Shown: positions 1-14,048 of the stretch, in pieces | How positions within the stretch are numbered: position 1 is the stretch's first letter | Layout of the letters: every line of letters starts with the position of its first letter | The notes under the pieces: model-generated | The model's database searches: none | What the model was told of the DNA's origin: nothing | What the model saw: only the letters and a program-made list of their open reading frames with translations | Assembly: GCA_043821645.1 (NCBI GenBank) | Contig: JBDRCO010000087.1 | Span: forward strand, 256,001 to 320,000 | Length of the DNA stretch: 64,000 nt | From: Pseudomonadota bacterium | GTDB taxonomy: Bacteria > Myxococcota > JACRCW01 > JAFGSX01 | Direction: 5' to 3' | Position numbers and translations under genes: made by a program

Positions 1-2051
<2,051 letters not shown>

Positions 2052-2143
2052 GCATCGCCGGCCCGGGGCCGCCAGGGTCGGACCCTGCTGCCCAGTGGGT
2101 CGAGGCTGTGCTAAGCGAGGGCTGCTGAGCCACGGAGGACCGC

Positions 2144-2482
2144 ATGACGGACTGCCTGTTTTGCAAGATCATCGAAGGCGCCATCCCCTCGAACAAGGTA
2201 TTCGAGGACGACACGAGCTATGCCTTCGAGGACCTCCACCCCGGAGCGCCGACCCACGTGCTGGTGGTGCCCAAGAAGCACATCGCCCGCGTCGCGGACA
2301 TGGCCGCGGACGACGAGGCACGCATCGGCCACCTGTTCAGCGTCGCGAACCAGGTGGCGGCTGCACGTGGGCTTGAGCACTACCGGCTGGTCATCAACAA
2401 CGGGGAAGGCGTGGGCCAGAGCGTGTTCCACGTCCACCTGCACGTGCTTGGCGGCCGTACCATGCAGTGGCCGCCAGGGTAG
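2144..2482 (+). CDS. Histidine triad (HIT) nucleotide-binding protein
   Basis: CLFCKI N-terminus, GQSVFHVHLHVLGGR motif, WPPG end; GGAGG RBS. Confidence 0.95.
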   Translation: MTDCLFCKIIEGAIPSNKVFEDDTSYAFEDLHPGAPTHVLVVPKKHIARVADMAADDEARIGHLFSVANQVAAARGLEHYRLVINNGEGVGQSVFHVHLHVLGGRTMQWPPG

Positions 2483-2651
2483 TCGTTTTCACTACCCAAG
2501 GCCGGCGGTCTTCCCTAGGATTGCCGGCCACGTCACTTTCTGGAGGCTCGCCAGCAATCGCTGCTCAGGTGCAGCCAAGGGGCGTTCTGGCGAGATTCAA
2601 GGTCGATGGCGGAGGGGCGCCCCAAGCCCCCTCCGACAAAGGGAGGACACG

Positions 2652-3371
2652 ATGCGCTTGATCCTGCAGATGAGTCTGGCTGCGTCGCTGCTGTTGTCGT
2701 CGCTGGCCCTGGCCGTGAGCAAGCCTCAGGTCGAGGTGGCGCCGGTGGTGGGTGCTCAGTTCTTCCGCGGCATCAACGGCCCGGGCCTCGGCCAGGACCA
2801 GGCGCTGCAGAATGGCATCATCCTCGGCGCTCGGGGCGGCGCCCTGTTCGCGGACCGTCTGCGGCTGGACATTGGCCTCGAGTTCACGCCCACCATGGAG
2901 GTGGGGCTCGACCGCCTGAACTACGTTGTGCAACCTCACGTCGACGGCAGCATCGATCTGGCCACCGGCTGGATCCGGCCCTATGTCGGCGTGAGTGCGG
3001 GTGTCATCGGTTTCATCGACAACGAGTGGGTGGGTGGTTCCCTGACCTCGCTGTTTGGCGAGGAGAACAAGGGACGCAACCCCGACGTCGAGTTCACCGG
3101 CGCGCTGCTGCTGGGCAGCCGCTTCTATCTTGGCGAGATGGTCGACATGCTGCAGGGCACCGTGCTGCGCCTCGACCTGCGGGACGTCCTGTATGCCCCC
3201 CGCAACGGCGCCGTGAATTACATGATGGAGTCGCCGGGCGCGCTCATCGCATTCCACAATCCCCAGGTCACCGTGTCCTTCGCCTGGACCTTCGACGCCT
3301 CCGGGGAGTCGACCGCCGATGGCGCCTACGAGTTCGAGGGGGCCGGCATGATCGAGAAGCCCAGCATGTGA
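2652..3371 (+). CDS. Exported protein, probable small outer-membrane beta-barrel
   Basis: GGAGG RBS before ATG 2652; signal peptide; amphipathic beta strands (RPYVGVSAG, LRLDLRD). Confidence 0.6.
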   Translation: MRLILQMSLAASLLLSSLALAVSKPQVEVAPVVGAQFFRGINGPGLGQDQALQNGIILGARGGALFADRLRLDIGLEFTPTMEVGLDRLNYVVQPHVDGSIDLATGWIRPYVGVSAGVIGFIDNEWVGGSLTSLFGEENKGRNPDVEFTGALLLGSRFYLGEMVDMLQGTVLRLDLRDVLYAPRNGAVNYMMESPGALIAFHNPQVTVSFAWTFDASGESTADGAYEFEGAGMIEKPSM

Positions 3372-3540
3372 TCTGGCTCGGGATGCTCGTGTTCGCGGCC
3401 TCGGCAGCTCGCCTCCAGACCTCCCCCCTCCTATAAAAAATTCTGATAGCTCGCCCGCAAGGTCGTGCTTGCCCATGATGATGCACCGTGTTATCCCGGC
3501 GCCAGCCTCGGAGGTGGAGCCTCGGCAAGCAGGAGCGGGT

Positions 3541-3768
3541 GTGCTCGACGACGAGGGCCGGCGCATGATGAAGGACGCCGGTCGGCTCGGTGCGGTCGGT
3601 TTCGAGATCGTCATCTGTCTGCTGCTGGGCTACTTCGGTGGGCACTGGCTTGATGGCAAGCTGGGGAGCGATCCCTACCTGGCCATGTTCGGGTTGCTGG
3701 TCGGTCTGGCCGCGGCGGGCAAGGTGATCCACCGCATCATCAAGCAGACCGACCTGGACAAGTTATGA
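3541..3768 (+). CDS. AtpZ/AtpI-family small membrane protein
   Basis: GYFGGHWLDGKLGSDPYLAMFGLLVG motif; first gene of the Fo cluster; AGGAG before GTG 3541. Confidence 0.85.
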   Translation: MLDDEGRRMMKDAGRLGAVGFEIVICLLLGYFGGHWLDGKLGSDPYLAMFGLLVGLAAAGKVIHRIIKQTDLDKL

Positions 3769-4259
3769 CACCGGATCCAGGGAACACCGCGCCCGGACCG
3801 GCGATTCAGGAGCCCATGAGCGACGTCACGACCCAGACCCAGCGCGACGCCGTGTTCGACGGTGCGCGGCGCGATCTCCTGGTGGCTTCGGCCATCGCGG
3901 CCACCCTCATGATCGGCACCGCGCTGTTCGCGTCGCAGGACCTGCTGTGGGGTGTGGCCCTGGGCGCCTTGCTGGCCATCGCCAACCTGTCGGCACTGGC
4001 GCGCCTGACCGCGGAGATGCTCACCGCCGAGAGCGGTGGTGGCTGGTCCGCGCTCAAGGCGGCGTTCAAGGTGCTGGCGCTGATGTTCGTGGTGGTGGCC
4101 GTGTTGTGGACCCGCCCCCAGCACGCTCTTGGTCTGTGCCTCGGCCTGGCCCTGCCTGCGCTCGCCGGCATCGTGGTGGTGCTGCGGGGCCGGGAACGCC
4201 GCCTGCGTATCGTGGACAGGCTCAGACGCGGAATCCATCGTCGGGGAACAGGAGACTAA
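3765..4259 (+). CDS. atpI: ATP synthase I-like membrane protein
   Basis: Four hydrophobic segments, GALLAIANL motif, directly upstream of atpB. Confidence 0.7.
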   Translation: MTPDPGNTAPGPAIQEPMSDVTTQTQRDAVFDGARRDLLVASAIAATLMIGTALFASQDLLWGVALGALLAIANLSALARLTAEMLTAESGGGWSALKAAFKVLALMFVVVAVLWTRPQHALGLCLGLALPALAGIVVVLRGRERRLRIVDRLRRGIHRRGTGD

Positions 4260-4263
4260 GACC

Positions 4264-5064
4264 ATGCCTCACGGTGTCACCTGGTTTCACTTCCTGCCTG
4301 GCTTCAACCAGCTGCGCGACTATTTCCACCACACCTGGGAGCAGAGCGCCCTGGTGGGGTCCAAGGATTTCCTGATCCAGCACGTGCTGGGCGCCATCCT
4401 GGTGCTCATCGTGTTGATGATCCTGTCGCTCATGGCACGCAGCCGGCTCAAGGACCTCGAGAAGAACATCGTCCCCGACGGCAAGTTCGGCGTGTTCTCG
4501 TTCTTCGAGATGGTGATCGAGACCGTCTACAACATGATGAAGGACGTCATTGGCCCCGACGCCAAGCGCTACTTCCCGCTCATCGGGACCCTCGCGCTGT
4601 ACATCTTTTTCTGCAACGCGCTGGGTCTGGTGCCGGGTTTCGACCCGCCGACCAACAATGTCAGCACCAACGCCGCCTGCGCCCTGACCGTGTTCCTGTA
4701 CTACAACTACCACGGCCTGCGCGTGAATGGCCTGGGCCACATCGCCCACATGGCCAACCCGGTCGGCACCTGGTGGGGCTGGTTCCTGGCACCCATCATG
4801 TTCCCCATCGAGCTCATCGGCCACCTGGCGCGGCCCATGTCCTTGACCCTGCGTCTCATGGGCAACATGACCGGCGACCACGCGGTGGTGCTGGGCTTCG
4901 CCGCCCTGGTGCCCTTCCTGGTTCCCATCCCCTTCCAGATCCTGGGCCTGCTGGTCTGTGTGATCCAGGCCATGGTGTTCTGTCTGCTGACCATGGTGTA
5001 CATCGGCCTCGCGGTCGAGGAGCAGCACCACGGTGGCGAAGAGGAGCACGCGCACGCCCACTGA
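4264..5064 (+). CDS. atpB: F0F1 ATP synthase subunit a
   Basis: RPMSLTLRLMGNM and IQAMVFCLLT motifs; His-rich tail. Confidence 0.97.
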   Translation: MPHGVTWFHFLPGFNQLRDYFHHTWEQSALVGSKDFLIQHVLGAILVLIVLMILSLMARSRLKDLEKNIVPDGKFGVFSFFEMVIETVYNMMKDVIGPDAKRYFPLIGTLALYIFFCNALGLVPGFDPPTNNVSTNAACALTVFLYYNYHGLRVNGLGHIAHMANPVGTWWGWFLAPIMFPIELIGHLARPMSLTLRLMGNMTGDHAVVLGFAALVPFLVPIPFQILGLLVCVIQAMVFCLLTMVYIGLAVEEQHHGGEEEHAHAH

Positions 5065-5202
5065 GCGCGGCGCCGTGACGACGAGGTTCGAATTAACCTG
5101 CAAGGGGTCGTGCCCAGCGGGACGGTGACAGGTAGAGACGGGAGAGGCATCCAAGCACGACACTGCGCAGCTTGACGCGCCCATGGGCGCCTGGAGAGAG
5201 CG

Positions 5203-5514
5203 ATGCTGAAGAAGACACTGGTGGTGGTGGCGAGCATGATGGTGGCGGCGTTGGCCATGGCCGAGGGCGGCGCTGGTGGCAGCGAGAACAACGCGTGGTA
5301 CGCCATGGCGGCGGCCTTCGCGATCGCCCTGCCTGCTTTTGGTGGAGCCTTCGGTCAGGGCCGTGCGGCTGCGGCCGCCCTCGAGGGCATCGCCCGCAAC
5401 CCGGGCGCCGCGGGCAAGCTGTTCGTCCCGATGATCCTGGGCCTCGCCCTCATCGAGTCCCTGGTGATCTACGGCCTGGTGATCGCCTTCGTGATCTCGG
5501 GCAAGATCGCGTAA
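5203..5514 (+). CDS. atpE: F0F1 ATP synthase subunit c with N-terminal extension
   Basis: [17 protein letters not shown] motif. Confidence 0.97.
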   Translation: MLKKTLVVVASMMVAALAMAEGGAGGSENNAWYAMAAAFAIALPAFGGAFGQGRAAAAALEGIARNPGAAGKLFVPMILGLALIESLVIYGLVIAFVISGKIA

Positions 5515-5540
5515 CGATCGATTCTTTTCTGATGACGAAG

Positions 5541-5570
5541 AAGCCCCGGCATGTCCGGGGCTTTTTTTTT
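5541..5570 (+). terminator. Intrinsic terminator after atpE, possibly bidirectional
   Basis: AAGCCCCGG-CATGT-CCGGGGCTT hairpin followed by a T run; lies between convergent genes. Confidence 0.9.
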
Positions 5571-5581
5571 ATGGGGGGACG

Positions 5582-6622
5582 TCAGTCCTCGGTCTCGTCG
5601 CGACTCTCGTGATAGCGGAAGGTGCTCTCGATGTAGCGTGTGCTGATCTTGCCGCGGCCGGACAGGTCCTTGATCTGATCCAGGATGCGGTCCTGCAAGC
5701 GGAGCACGCGCGCGGGCTCCCAGGCTCCGAACTCCTTGGCCTTGGCCAGGTACTCCTCGAGCAGGCGGCCGTGGGCGCGCGGGAAGCGCTGTGACAGCTG
5801 GCGTACGATGTCGCGGTCCTCGAGCATCATGGCGTTGCTCAGCTGGTAGAGCCCCGCCTTCTGGAACAGCTCGTCGGTGTTCTGGAAGTTGACCAGGACG
5901 CGCGCCAGGAACTTCTGTGCCGCTTTGAGTTCCATGGCATCGCGCCTGGTGACCTTCTTGACCGCGACGATGAGTTCCTCGGCGTTCTCGCGCGGCAGAC
6001 GTCTGAGCAGCTCGGCCAGGGCGCGCTTGCCCACGGAGACGAAGGCGCAGGCCAGCTCCTCGACCCCCAGGGCGCGGGTGAGCTGGATCAGCTCGCGCGC
6101 CTCCAGCGCCACGATCTCCTTGAAACCGAAGCTCTTGAGATCGCGCGGCACCTCCATGAGGGCGAACTTGGCGTCGAAGTGCTCGCGCACCAGGCGCACG
6201 ATCTCCATGGGCACGTCTCGCAGCTCGTTGCGCGGTGGCAGCGCCTGGCGCACGCCCGGGGGCAGCCGGCTCACGATCTGGCGCGTGATCGACGACGGCA
6301 TGTGCATGAGAACCATGGCGATGACGCGTGGTTTCTCACCGCGAAAACCCGCCAGCAACCACGACGGATCCACACCTTCGAGCCGGTGCTGCGAGCGCAC
6401 CGACATCATGCGCCGGATCTCTCGCACCAGCAGCGACAGCCGCTGCTTCTTGGGGATCTCGAGCAGCCTGTCCACGAAGCTGTTCAGGTTCTCGGCGACC
6501 GTGTCAGGCAGGTACTCGAACAGCTCCCTGGCCTCGTGGCCCGAGAAGAACATCGACGACATCAGGAGCATGGCGTCGCGCCGCCCGAGGGTGCCGTAGA
6601 TCTCTTGAAACAGGGAACTCAC
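5582..6622 (-). CDS. T3SS-associated FliG-like (SctK-position) cytoplasmic protein
   Basis: EKPRVIAMVLMHM resembles the FliG EHPQ motif; FGFKEIVALEAREL..EELACAF resembles FliG-C; directly downstream of sctJ. Confidence 0.6.
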   Translation of the reverse strand: MSSLFQEIYGTLGRRDAMLLMSSMFFSGHEARELFEYLPDTVAENLNSFVDRLLEIPKKQRLSLLVREIRRMMSVRSQHRLEGVDPSWLLAGFRGEKPRVIAMVLMHMPSSITRQIVSRLPPGVRQALPPRNELRDVPMEIVRLVREHFDAKFALMEVPRDLKSFGFKEIVALEARELIQLTRALGVEELACAFVSVGKRALAELLRRLPRENAEELIVAVKKVTRRDAMELKAAQKFLARVLVNFQNTDELFQKAGLYQLSNAMMLEDRDIVRQLSQRFPRAHGRLLEEYLAKAKEFGAWEPARVLRLQDRILDQIKDLSGRGKISTRYIESTFRYHESRDETED

Positions 6623-6636
6623 GGTGTTTCGGAGAC

Positions 6637-7566
6637 TCAGCCGCCGTTGGGCGTGGGCAGCTCACCACCGCCGCGGGCCTTCTTGTACGACAGGTTCTCG
6701 GCCAGGGCCTTGCGCAGCTGCCGCTTGAGGCCGATGCGCCCGAGCAGGAACACCATGGTCAGGATGAGCAGCACCACTACCAGGCCGCCCAGCACTGCGA
6801 GCAGCGAGAAGAACTTGGTCATGTTGGTCTTGGTCGACACCAGCTCGACGCCGATGATCTTCTTGGTGGGAGGGCAGGCCACTGCCCCGGCGGTGCCGCC
6901 GCCCGAGGCCGGCTGCGGACAGTCCGCGGCCCCCCCTGCGCGCAGCAGGGTGGACCACGGTCGCTGCTTGTAGCTGAGCACCGTGACCCGGTCCGGGGTC
7001 ATGTCCTCGACGCTGGCCGCCACGGCCTTCTGGATGTCCTCGACGTTGTAGGGCAGCTTGCCGTCAAAGGGCGCGTACACGATGATCACGCTGGCCATGG
7101 GCTGAGGCCGGGCGGCGTTGACGTCGCGCACTGCCTCCTTGTCCGGGATCACGATCTGCGCGTGGACGTCGAGCACCCCAGGGATGAGCTTGATCTTCTT
7201 CTCGATCTCGCCCTGGATGCCGACCAGCATCTTGGCTTTTTCCTCACTCTGGGTCGGGATCATGCCGCCCTCGGCAAAGACCTCGGACAAACGCAGGGAG
7301 CGCGGCTGCGGCAGCTCGTAGTCAACCAGGGTGCGACGCGCGTCGGCGGCGTACTTGGACGGAACGGTCACCTTCCAGGTCACCACGCGGCCTTCCTCGG
7401 CATCCTTGCGGGCCGGGATGTCCTTGGTCTCCAGCACCACCAGGATGGCGTTGGCCTCGCGCTCGTCGAGACCGTGCACGATCTCGTTCTCGCCGCAGGC
7501 ACTGGCGAGCATCGCCAACCCCAGCGTGGCGACGAGAACCGGTCCAGTTGGCAGTGCGCGCTTCAT
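6637..7566 (-). CDS. sctJ: Type III secretion inner-membrane ring lipoprotein (SctJ/YscJ/PrgK family)
   Basis: Lipobox ASAC, GLDEREANAIL, IPTQSEEKAK, IPGVLDVHAQIVIP, C-terminal TM. Confidence 0.92.
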   Translation of the reverse strand: MKRALPTGPVLVATLGLAMLASACGENEIVHGLDEREANAILVVLETKDIPARKDAEEGRVVTWKVTVPSKYAADARRTLVDYELPQPRSLRLSEVFAEGGMIPTQSEEKAKMLVGIQGEIEKKIKLIPGVLDVHAQIVIPDKEAVRDVNAARPQPMASVIIVYAPFDGKLPYNVEDIQKAVAASVEDMTPDRVTVLSYKQRPWSTLLRAGGAADCPQPASGGGTAGAVACPPTKKIIGVELVSTKTNMTKFFSLLAVLGGLVVVLLILTMVFLLGRIGLKRQLRKALAENLSYKKARGGGELPTPNGG

Positions 7567-7573
7567 GGCGACC

Positions 7574-9826
<2,253 letters not shown>

Positions 9827-9861
9827 GACCTCGTCACTCGACGGGCTATCGGGAAAGCCGC

Positions 9862-9890
9862 ACGTTAGAGAGGGGTGGCCCCCCTGTCAA
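9862..9890 (-). promoter_or_regulatory. sigma70-type promoter for GT39-sctJ-fliG-like genes
   Basis: Minus strand TTGACA-N17-TAACGT. Confidence 0.7.
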
Positions 9891-9912
9891 GGCCGCCAGG
9901 CACCGAACCTTG

Positions 9913-10341
9913 TCAGATCTCGGGCATGTCCAGCAGGTTGATGCCCGTCCCGGCATCCGCCCGGCGATCGACCCGGCCAGGCAAGGCGGTCAGGTGGACC
10001 TCGACGGTCACCGCCACCACGGCGGAAAAAAGGTGGCCCGAGAGGCAGCCAAGGTTCTCGTCGCCGAGCACCACGTGGGCATGCACGAAGGGCGCCCCGT
10101 CGAGCATCGAGATGTTCCCGGCCAGGTGGATCAGCTCGTAATCGCCGTCCAGACGGCGCCGGTCGTAGCGCTTCTCCGCCACGTGAAAATAACCGAGCTC
10201 GACCTCCCTGAGCGCTCCGATGGCGACCAGGGCCGCGCTCTCGATGTGGTGCCGGCGCGCGAAGTCGCTCAGGGCGTCGAGCAGGGACGCGTCCTTGTCG
10301 ACCCGAAGCAGGTAGCCCAGCTCGGTGCGCAGGCCTCTCAT
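9913..10341 (-). CDS. PPC/DUF296 domain protein
   Basis: AIGAL, ELIHLAGNIS, FVHAHVVLG, GHL motifs; GGAGG RBS. Confidence 0.9.
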   Translation of the reverse strand: MRGLRTELGYLLRVDKDASLLDALSDFARRHHIESAALVAIGALREVELGYFHVAEKRYDRRRLDGDYELIHLAGNISMLDGAPFVHAHVVLGDENLGCLSGHLFSAVVAVTVEVHLTALPGRVDRRADAGTGINLLDMPEI

Positions 10342-10438
10342 GATGTCCACCTCCTCGTCGTTTGCTCGCCCGGAGGCTGAGCACTACACTGTCCCGTATC
10401 CGCCGTCAGCTCTCGACGCTGCGGACGCTGGAGGTCGC

Positions 10439-11740
10439 GTGTTGCACCCTGATCCTTCATCCTCCACCCCGGTGCGCATCGTCCGCCGGGGTTCCGGGGT
10501 CCTCGCCGGTGCGCTGTTCGGCCTGGTGGTGGGCATCCTGCTCGGCGCGGCGGCCCCGGCCCTGTCCCGGGACCCGGATCGCTCGTACCGGAGCTTGCGC
10601 ATCTTCAGCCAGGTCTTCAACTACATCGAGAACAACTACGTCGACAGCATCGAGCAGAAGACGCTGGTCTACGGCGCCATCGTCGGCATGATGGGGACCC
10701 TGGACCCGTACACCGTCTTCCTGCCACCGGACCAGTACCAGAAGATCAAGGAGGACACGACGGGGGAGTTCGGCGGCCTGGGCATCGAGATCGGTCTCAA
10801 GGACGGATGGCTCACCATCATCGCGCCCATCGCGGATTCGCCGGCCGCCCGCGCCGGATTGAAGAGCGGCGATCGCATTATCGCCATCGAGGGCAAGACC
10901 GCCGAGGGGGTGTCGGTGGCCGACTCGGTGGCCCTGCTGCGAGGTCCGCCCAACACCCGCATCACGCTCACCGTGCAGCGCGATGGCTGGGACGCACCTC
11001 GGGACGTGGCCCTGGTACGGCAGAAGCTTCGCCTCAATCCTGTCGAGGACCGCATGCTGCAGGCCGGGCTTGGCTATGTCCGCATCAAGAGCTTTCAGGA
11101 ACGTACCGAGCACGAGCTCAAGAAGGCCCTGGACCGGCTGACGCGGCAGGCGCGCGAGGCGGGACGCGAGGGGCTCGAGGGCCTGGTGCTCGATCTCCGC
11201 GACAATCCAGGCGGACTGGTCGACGAGGCCGTGCGCGTCTCGGATCTGTTCTTGGACAGTGGCGACATCGTCACCACCGAGGGCCGCAATCGCCGCCACG
11301 TCGAACGTCAGGTCGCGCACCGTCGCGGCACCCAACCGCGCTATCCCGTGGCTGTGCTGGTCAACGAAGGTTCTGCCTCGGCGTCGGAGATCGTGGCCGG
11401 AGCGCTGCAAGATCACGCGCGCGCCGTGGTGGTAGGACAGCGCTCGTTTGGCAAGGGCTCGGTGCAGACCATCATCGAGCTCGATGACGGCAGCGGACTC
11501 AAGCTGACCGTGGCGCGCTACTTCACGCCCAGCGGCCGCTCGATCAACGAGCACGCCATCGACCCGGACCTCGTGGTCCCCCCCCTGGCGGGCGAGATCA
11601 CCCTTGACAGCGGTGGCGGCGCTGACCGGGGCGAGATCGAGGACGCCCAGCTGCTGGCGGCCATCGAGGCTCTGCGGGGAGGGGTGCCGGTGGGTCCGCC
11701 TGCCACCTCGCGAGACCCGTCCCGGCGAAACCCGGGCTGA
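10439..11740 (+). CDS. ctpA: Carboxyl-terminal processing protease (S41) with PDZ domain
   Basis: LDLRDNPGG, SASASEIVAGALQD, SFGKGSVQ motifs; N-terminal TM. Confidence 0.95.
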   Translation: MLHPDPSSSTPVRIVRRGSGVLAGALFGLVVGILLGAAAPALSRDPDRSYRSLRIFSQVFNYIENNYVDSIEQKTLVYGAIVGMMGTLDPYTVFLPPDQYQKIKEDTTGEFGGLGIEIGLKDGWLTIIAPIADSPAARAGLKSGDRIIAIEGKTAEGVSVADSVALLRGPPNTRITLTVQRDGWDAPRDVALVRQKLRLNPVEDRMLQAGLGYVRIKSFQERTEHELKKALDRLTRQAREAGREGLEGLVLDLRDNPGGLVDEAVRVSDLFLDSGDIVTTEGRNRRHVERQVAHRRGTQPRYPVAVLVNEGSASASEIVAGALQDHARAVVVGQRSFGKGSVQTIIELDDGSGLKLTVARYFTPSGRSINEHAIDPDLVVPPLAGEITLDSGGGADRGEIEDAQLLAAIEALRGGVPVGPPATSRDPSRRNPG

Positions 11741-11916
11741 GCGGCGGCCAGGAGGTCCCCGCAGGCCACTGGCGGCGATTGGTCTCTTTCTTGGCGTGTG
11801 GTACAAGATCATTGTAGAAGGGGCGGATGGGTCCAGCTCGAGATCGCTGGCTGCGATCTCGGCGGGTGTCGCGTGCTGCGGACTGTGAATGAGCGCGCAC
11901 GCCCCGGAGTACATGC

Positions 11917-13938
11917 ATGGTGGCTCAGTCTGGCCAGGCCACGCCGCGCATTCAGCTCGTCATCGAGGATGATGAGGGCAAGCGCATGGCCATCCCGCTG
12001 ACGCGGGACGAGATCACCATCGGCCGCAAGGACGGCAACATCATCCGTCTGACCGAGCGCAACGTGTCGCGCTTTCACGCGCGATTGCTCAAGCAGAACG
12101 CGATCTTCTACATCGAGGACCTCAACTCCTACACCGGCATCCGCATCAACGGTGATCGCATCGCGGGTCGAAACCAGATCCAGGAAGGCGATCTGATCGA
12201 GATCGGCGACTATCACCTGACCCTGCAACGCGAGGGGCAGCAGGCGCTCGAGGGCGAGGCCACGACGCGCGAGGCTCTCTCCGGCACCACCGAAGAGACC
12301 GTCAAGATGCAGATCGAGCCGTTGCCGGAGCAGACCATCCGCGCACCGGCACCGCCAGTAGCGTCGGAGACCGTCGCGCCGGCCGCCCCCAGTGAGGCCG
12401 CGGCGCGCGCCGAGCCAACAGCCCTCATCCGACCCGATCAGATGGAGGGCGCGCACGAGAACGCCCTCGGGGACATCCCCGAGCACGAGCGCGCGCATCT
12501 GGTGGCCGTGTCGACGGCTCTGGTCGGGCAGAGCTACCCTCTCAAGAAACGCGAGAGCGTGATCGGGCGCACCGACGAGAATGACGTGGTGCTAGACCAC
12601 CGCTCGGTCTCCCGCAACCACGCCAAGATCGTCTACGACGGACAGAAGTACACGGTGGTGGACCTCAAGAGCGCGAACGGCGTTCTGGTCAATGGCGAGG
12701 AGTACAGCCAGACCGCGCTACGGCCCGGCGACATCGTTGAACTCGGGCACGTGCAGCTGCGCTTCATCGAGCCCGGTGGGCGCTTCGAGCTCAGTGCCGA
12801 GGACGTCGAGCGGATCAAGGCCGAGGCCCAGCAAGCCGAGGTCGCGGCCGAGAGCAAGGGGCCGGCCACGGTGACCACCGCGCGCTTCGACCGCGGCCCC
12901 CTGGACCAGGAACTGGCCAAGCGCACCAAGCTCATCGCCATCGCCGCCGCGGCGCTGCTGTTTCTCCTCGGCATCGTCGTGATCGCGATGGTGTTTGGCG
13001 GTGGCGACGACAAGCCCACGACCACGCCCGGCGACACCCCGCCGGTGGACGGCGTCCCGGTGGTGGTGGATCTCCCCGTCGACACGCCCCCGGACCCGGT
13101 GGAGACGTCTCTCACCGACGCGCAGGTTGCCGAGCTGCTCACCCAGGTCGATGGGCACCTGCAGGCGGGGCGCTTTGACGAGGCCGACCAGACTGTCGGC
13201 AAGGTCCTCAAGGCGCGTCCTGATGACGAGGCCGCCCAGGATCTGCTCGAGAAGGTGGTGACCGAGCGCCGCGCCAAGGAGGACTTCGCTGCCGCCGAGG
13301 CCGACGAGAATGCCGGTCGTCTCGAGGAGGCCCTGGCCAAGTTCAGCTCGGTTCCTGCGGGCACCCTGTACCGTGAACGTGCGGTCAAGCATGCCAGCGG
13401 CGTGCGCGGCAAGCTGGTCGCCGAGCACTACGAGAAGGCCAACAGGGCTTTCAGCGAGGATGACTTCGAGGGCGCCAAGGCCGAGATCGAGGCGGGCCTG
13501 GTGCTGGTCTCCAACGACCGCAAGCTGCTCGATCTGCAGCAGCGCGTCGTCGCACTCGAGGAGCGCCTGGCCGCTGCCGGCGATCCCGACGACGGCAAGA
13601 CGGGCAAGACCCCCAAAAAGCCCAAGAAGCCCAAGAAACCGCCCTCCACCAAGCCCGAGACCAATCCCGAGGACGCCAAGAACTTTTACTCGGCGGGCAA
13701 CAAGCAGATCCTGCAAGGGCGCTTCAAGGAAGCGGTGGACCAGTTCAAGCTCGCCCTCAAGGCGGATCCCGGCTTCGCCGATGCGCACCGCGGCCTCGGC
13801 ATCGCCTATGCCCGGCTGGGCAAGGCGGACCTCGCGGTCAAGCACTACGAGACCTATGTGCAGAAACGACCCTATGCCTCCGACGCGGACAAGGTTCGCG
13901 AGATCCTCAAGAAGTTCAAGCAGAACGCACCCAAGTAG
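11917..13938 (+). CDS. Tandem FHA - TM - TPR membrane protein
   Basis: Two FHA motifs (IGR..VSRFHA..DLNSYTG; IGR..VSRNHA..DLKSANG), one TM, C-terminal TPRs (AHRGLGIAYARLG). Confidence 0.88.
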   Translation: MVAQSGQATPRIQLVIEDDEGKRMAIPLTRDEITIGRKDGNIIRLTERNVSRFHARLLKQNAIFYIEDLNSYTGIRINGDRIAGRNQIQEGDLIEIGDYHLTLQREGQQALEGEATTREALSGTTEETVKMQIEPLPEQTIRAPAPPVASETVAPAAPSEAAARAEPTALIRPDQMEGAHENALGDIPEHERAHLVAVSTALVGQSYPLKKRESVIGRTDENDVVLDHRSVSRNHAKIVYDGQKYTVVDLKSANGVLVNGEEYSQTALRPGDIVELGHVQLRFIEPGGRFELSAEDVERIKAEAQQAEVAAESKGPATVTTARFDRGPLDQELAKRTKLIAIAAAALLFLLGIVVIAMVFGGGDDKPTTTPGDTPPVDGVPVVVDLPVDTPPDPVETSLTDAQVAELLTQVDGHLQAGRFDEADQTVGKVLKARPDDEAAQDLLEKVVTERRAKEDFAAAEADENAGRLEEALAKFSSVPAGTLYRERAVKHASGVRGKLVAEHYEKANRAFSEDDFEGAKAEIEAGLVLVSNDRKLLDLQQRVVALEERLAAAGDPDDGKTGKTPKKPKKPKKPPSTKPETNPEDAKNFYSAGNKQILQGRFKEAVDQFKLALKADPGFADAHRGLGIAYARLGKADLAVKHYETYVQKRPYASDADKVREILKKFKQNAPK

Positions 13939-13974
13939 CGCCCCGCTGGTGATGTCCGGAGCCCTCCACCTGTC

Positions 13975-14004
13975 CTGACAGCGCAGCCAGGGGTGCGCTA
14001 TAGT
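13975..14004 (+). promoter_or_regulatory. Putative sigma70 promoter upstream of sctN
   Basis: CTGACA-N18-TATAGT. Confidence 0.45.
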
Positions 14005-14048
14005 CAAGGAGACTGGCCGAACGTGGCGGCAAGGTCGGAGACGCGGAC

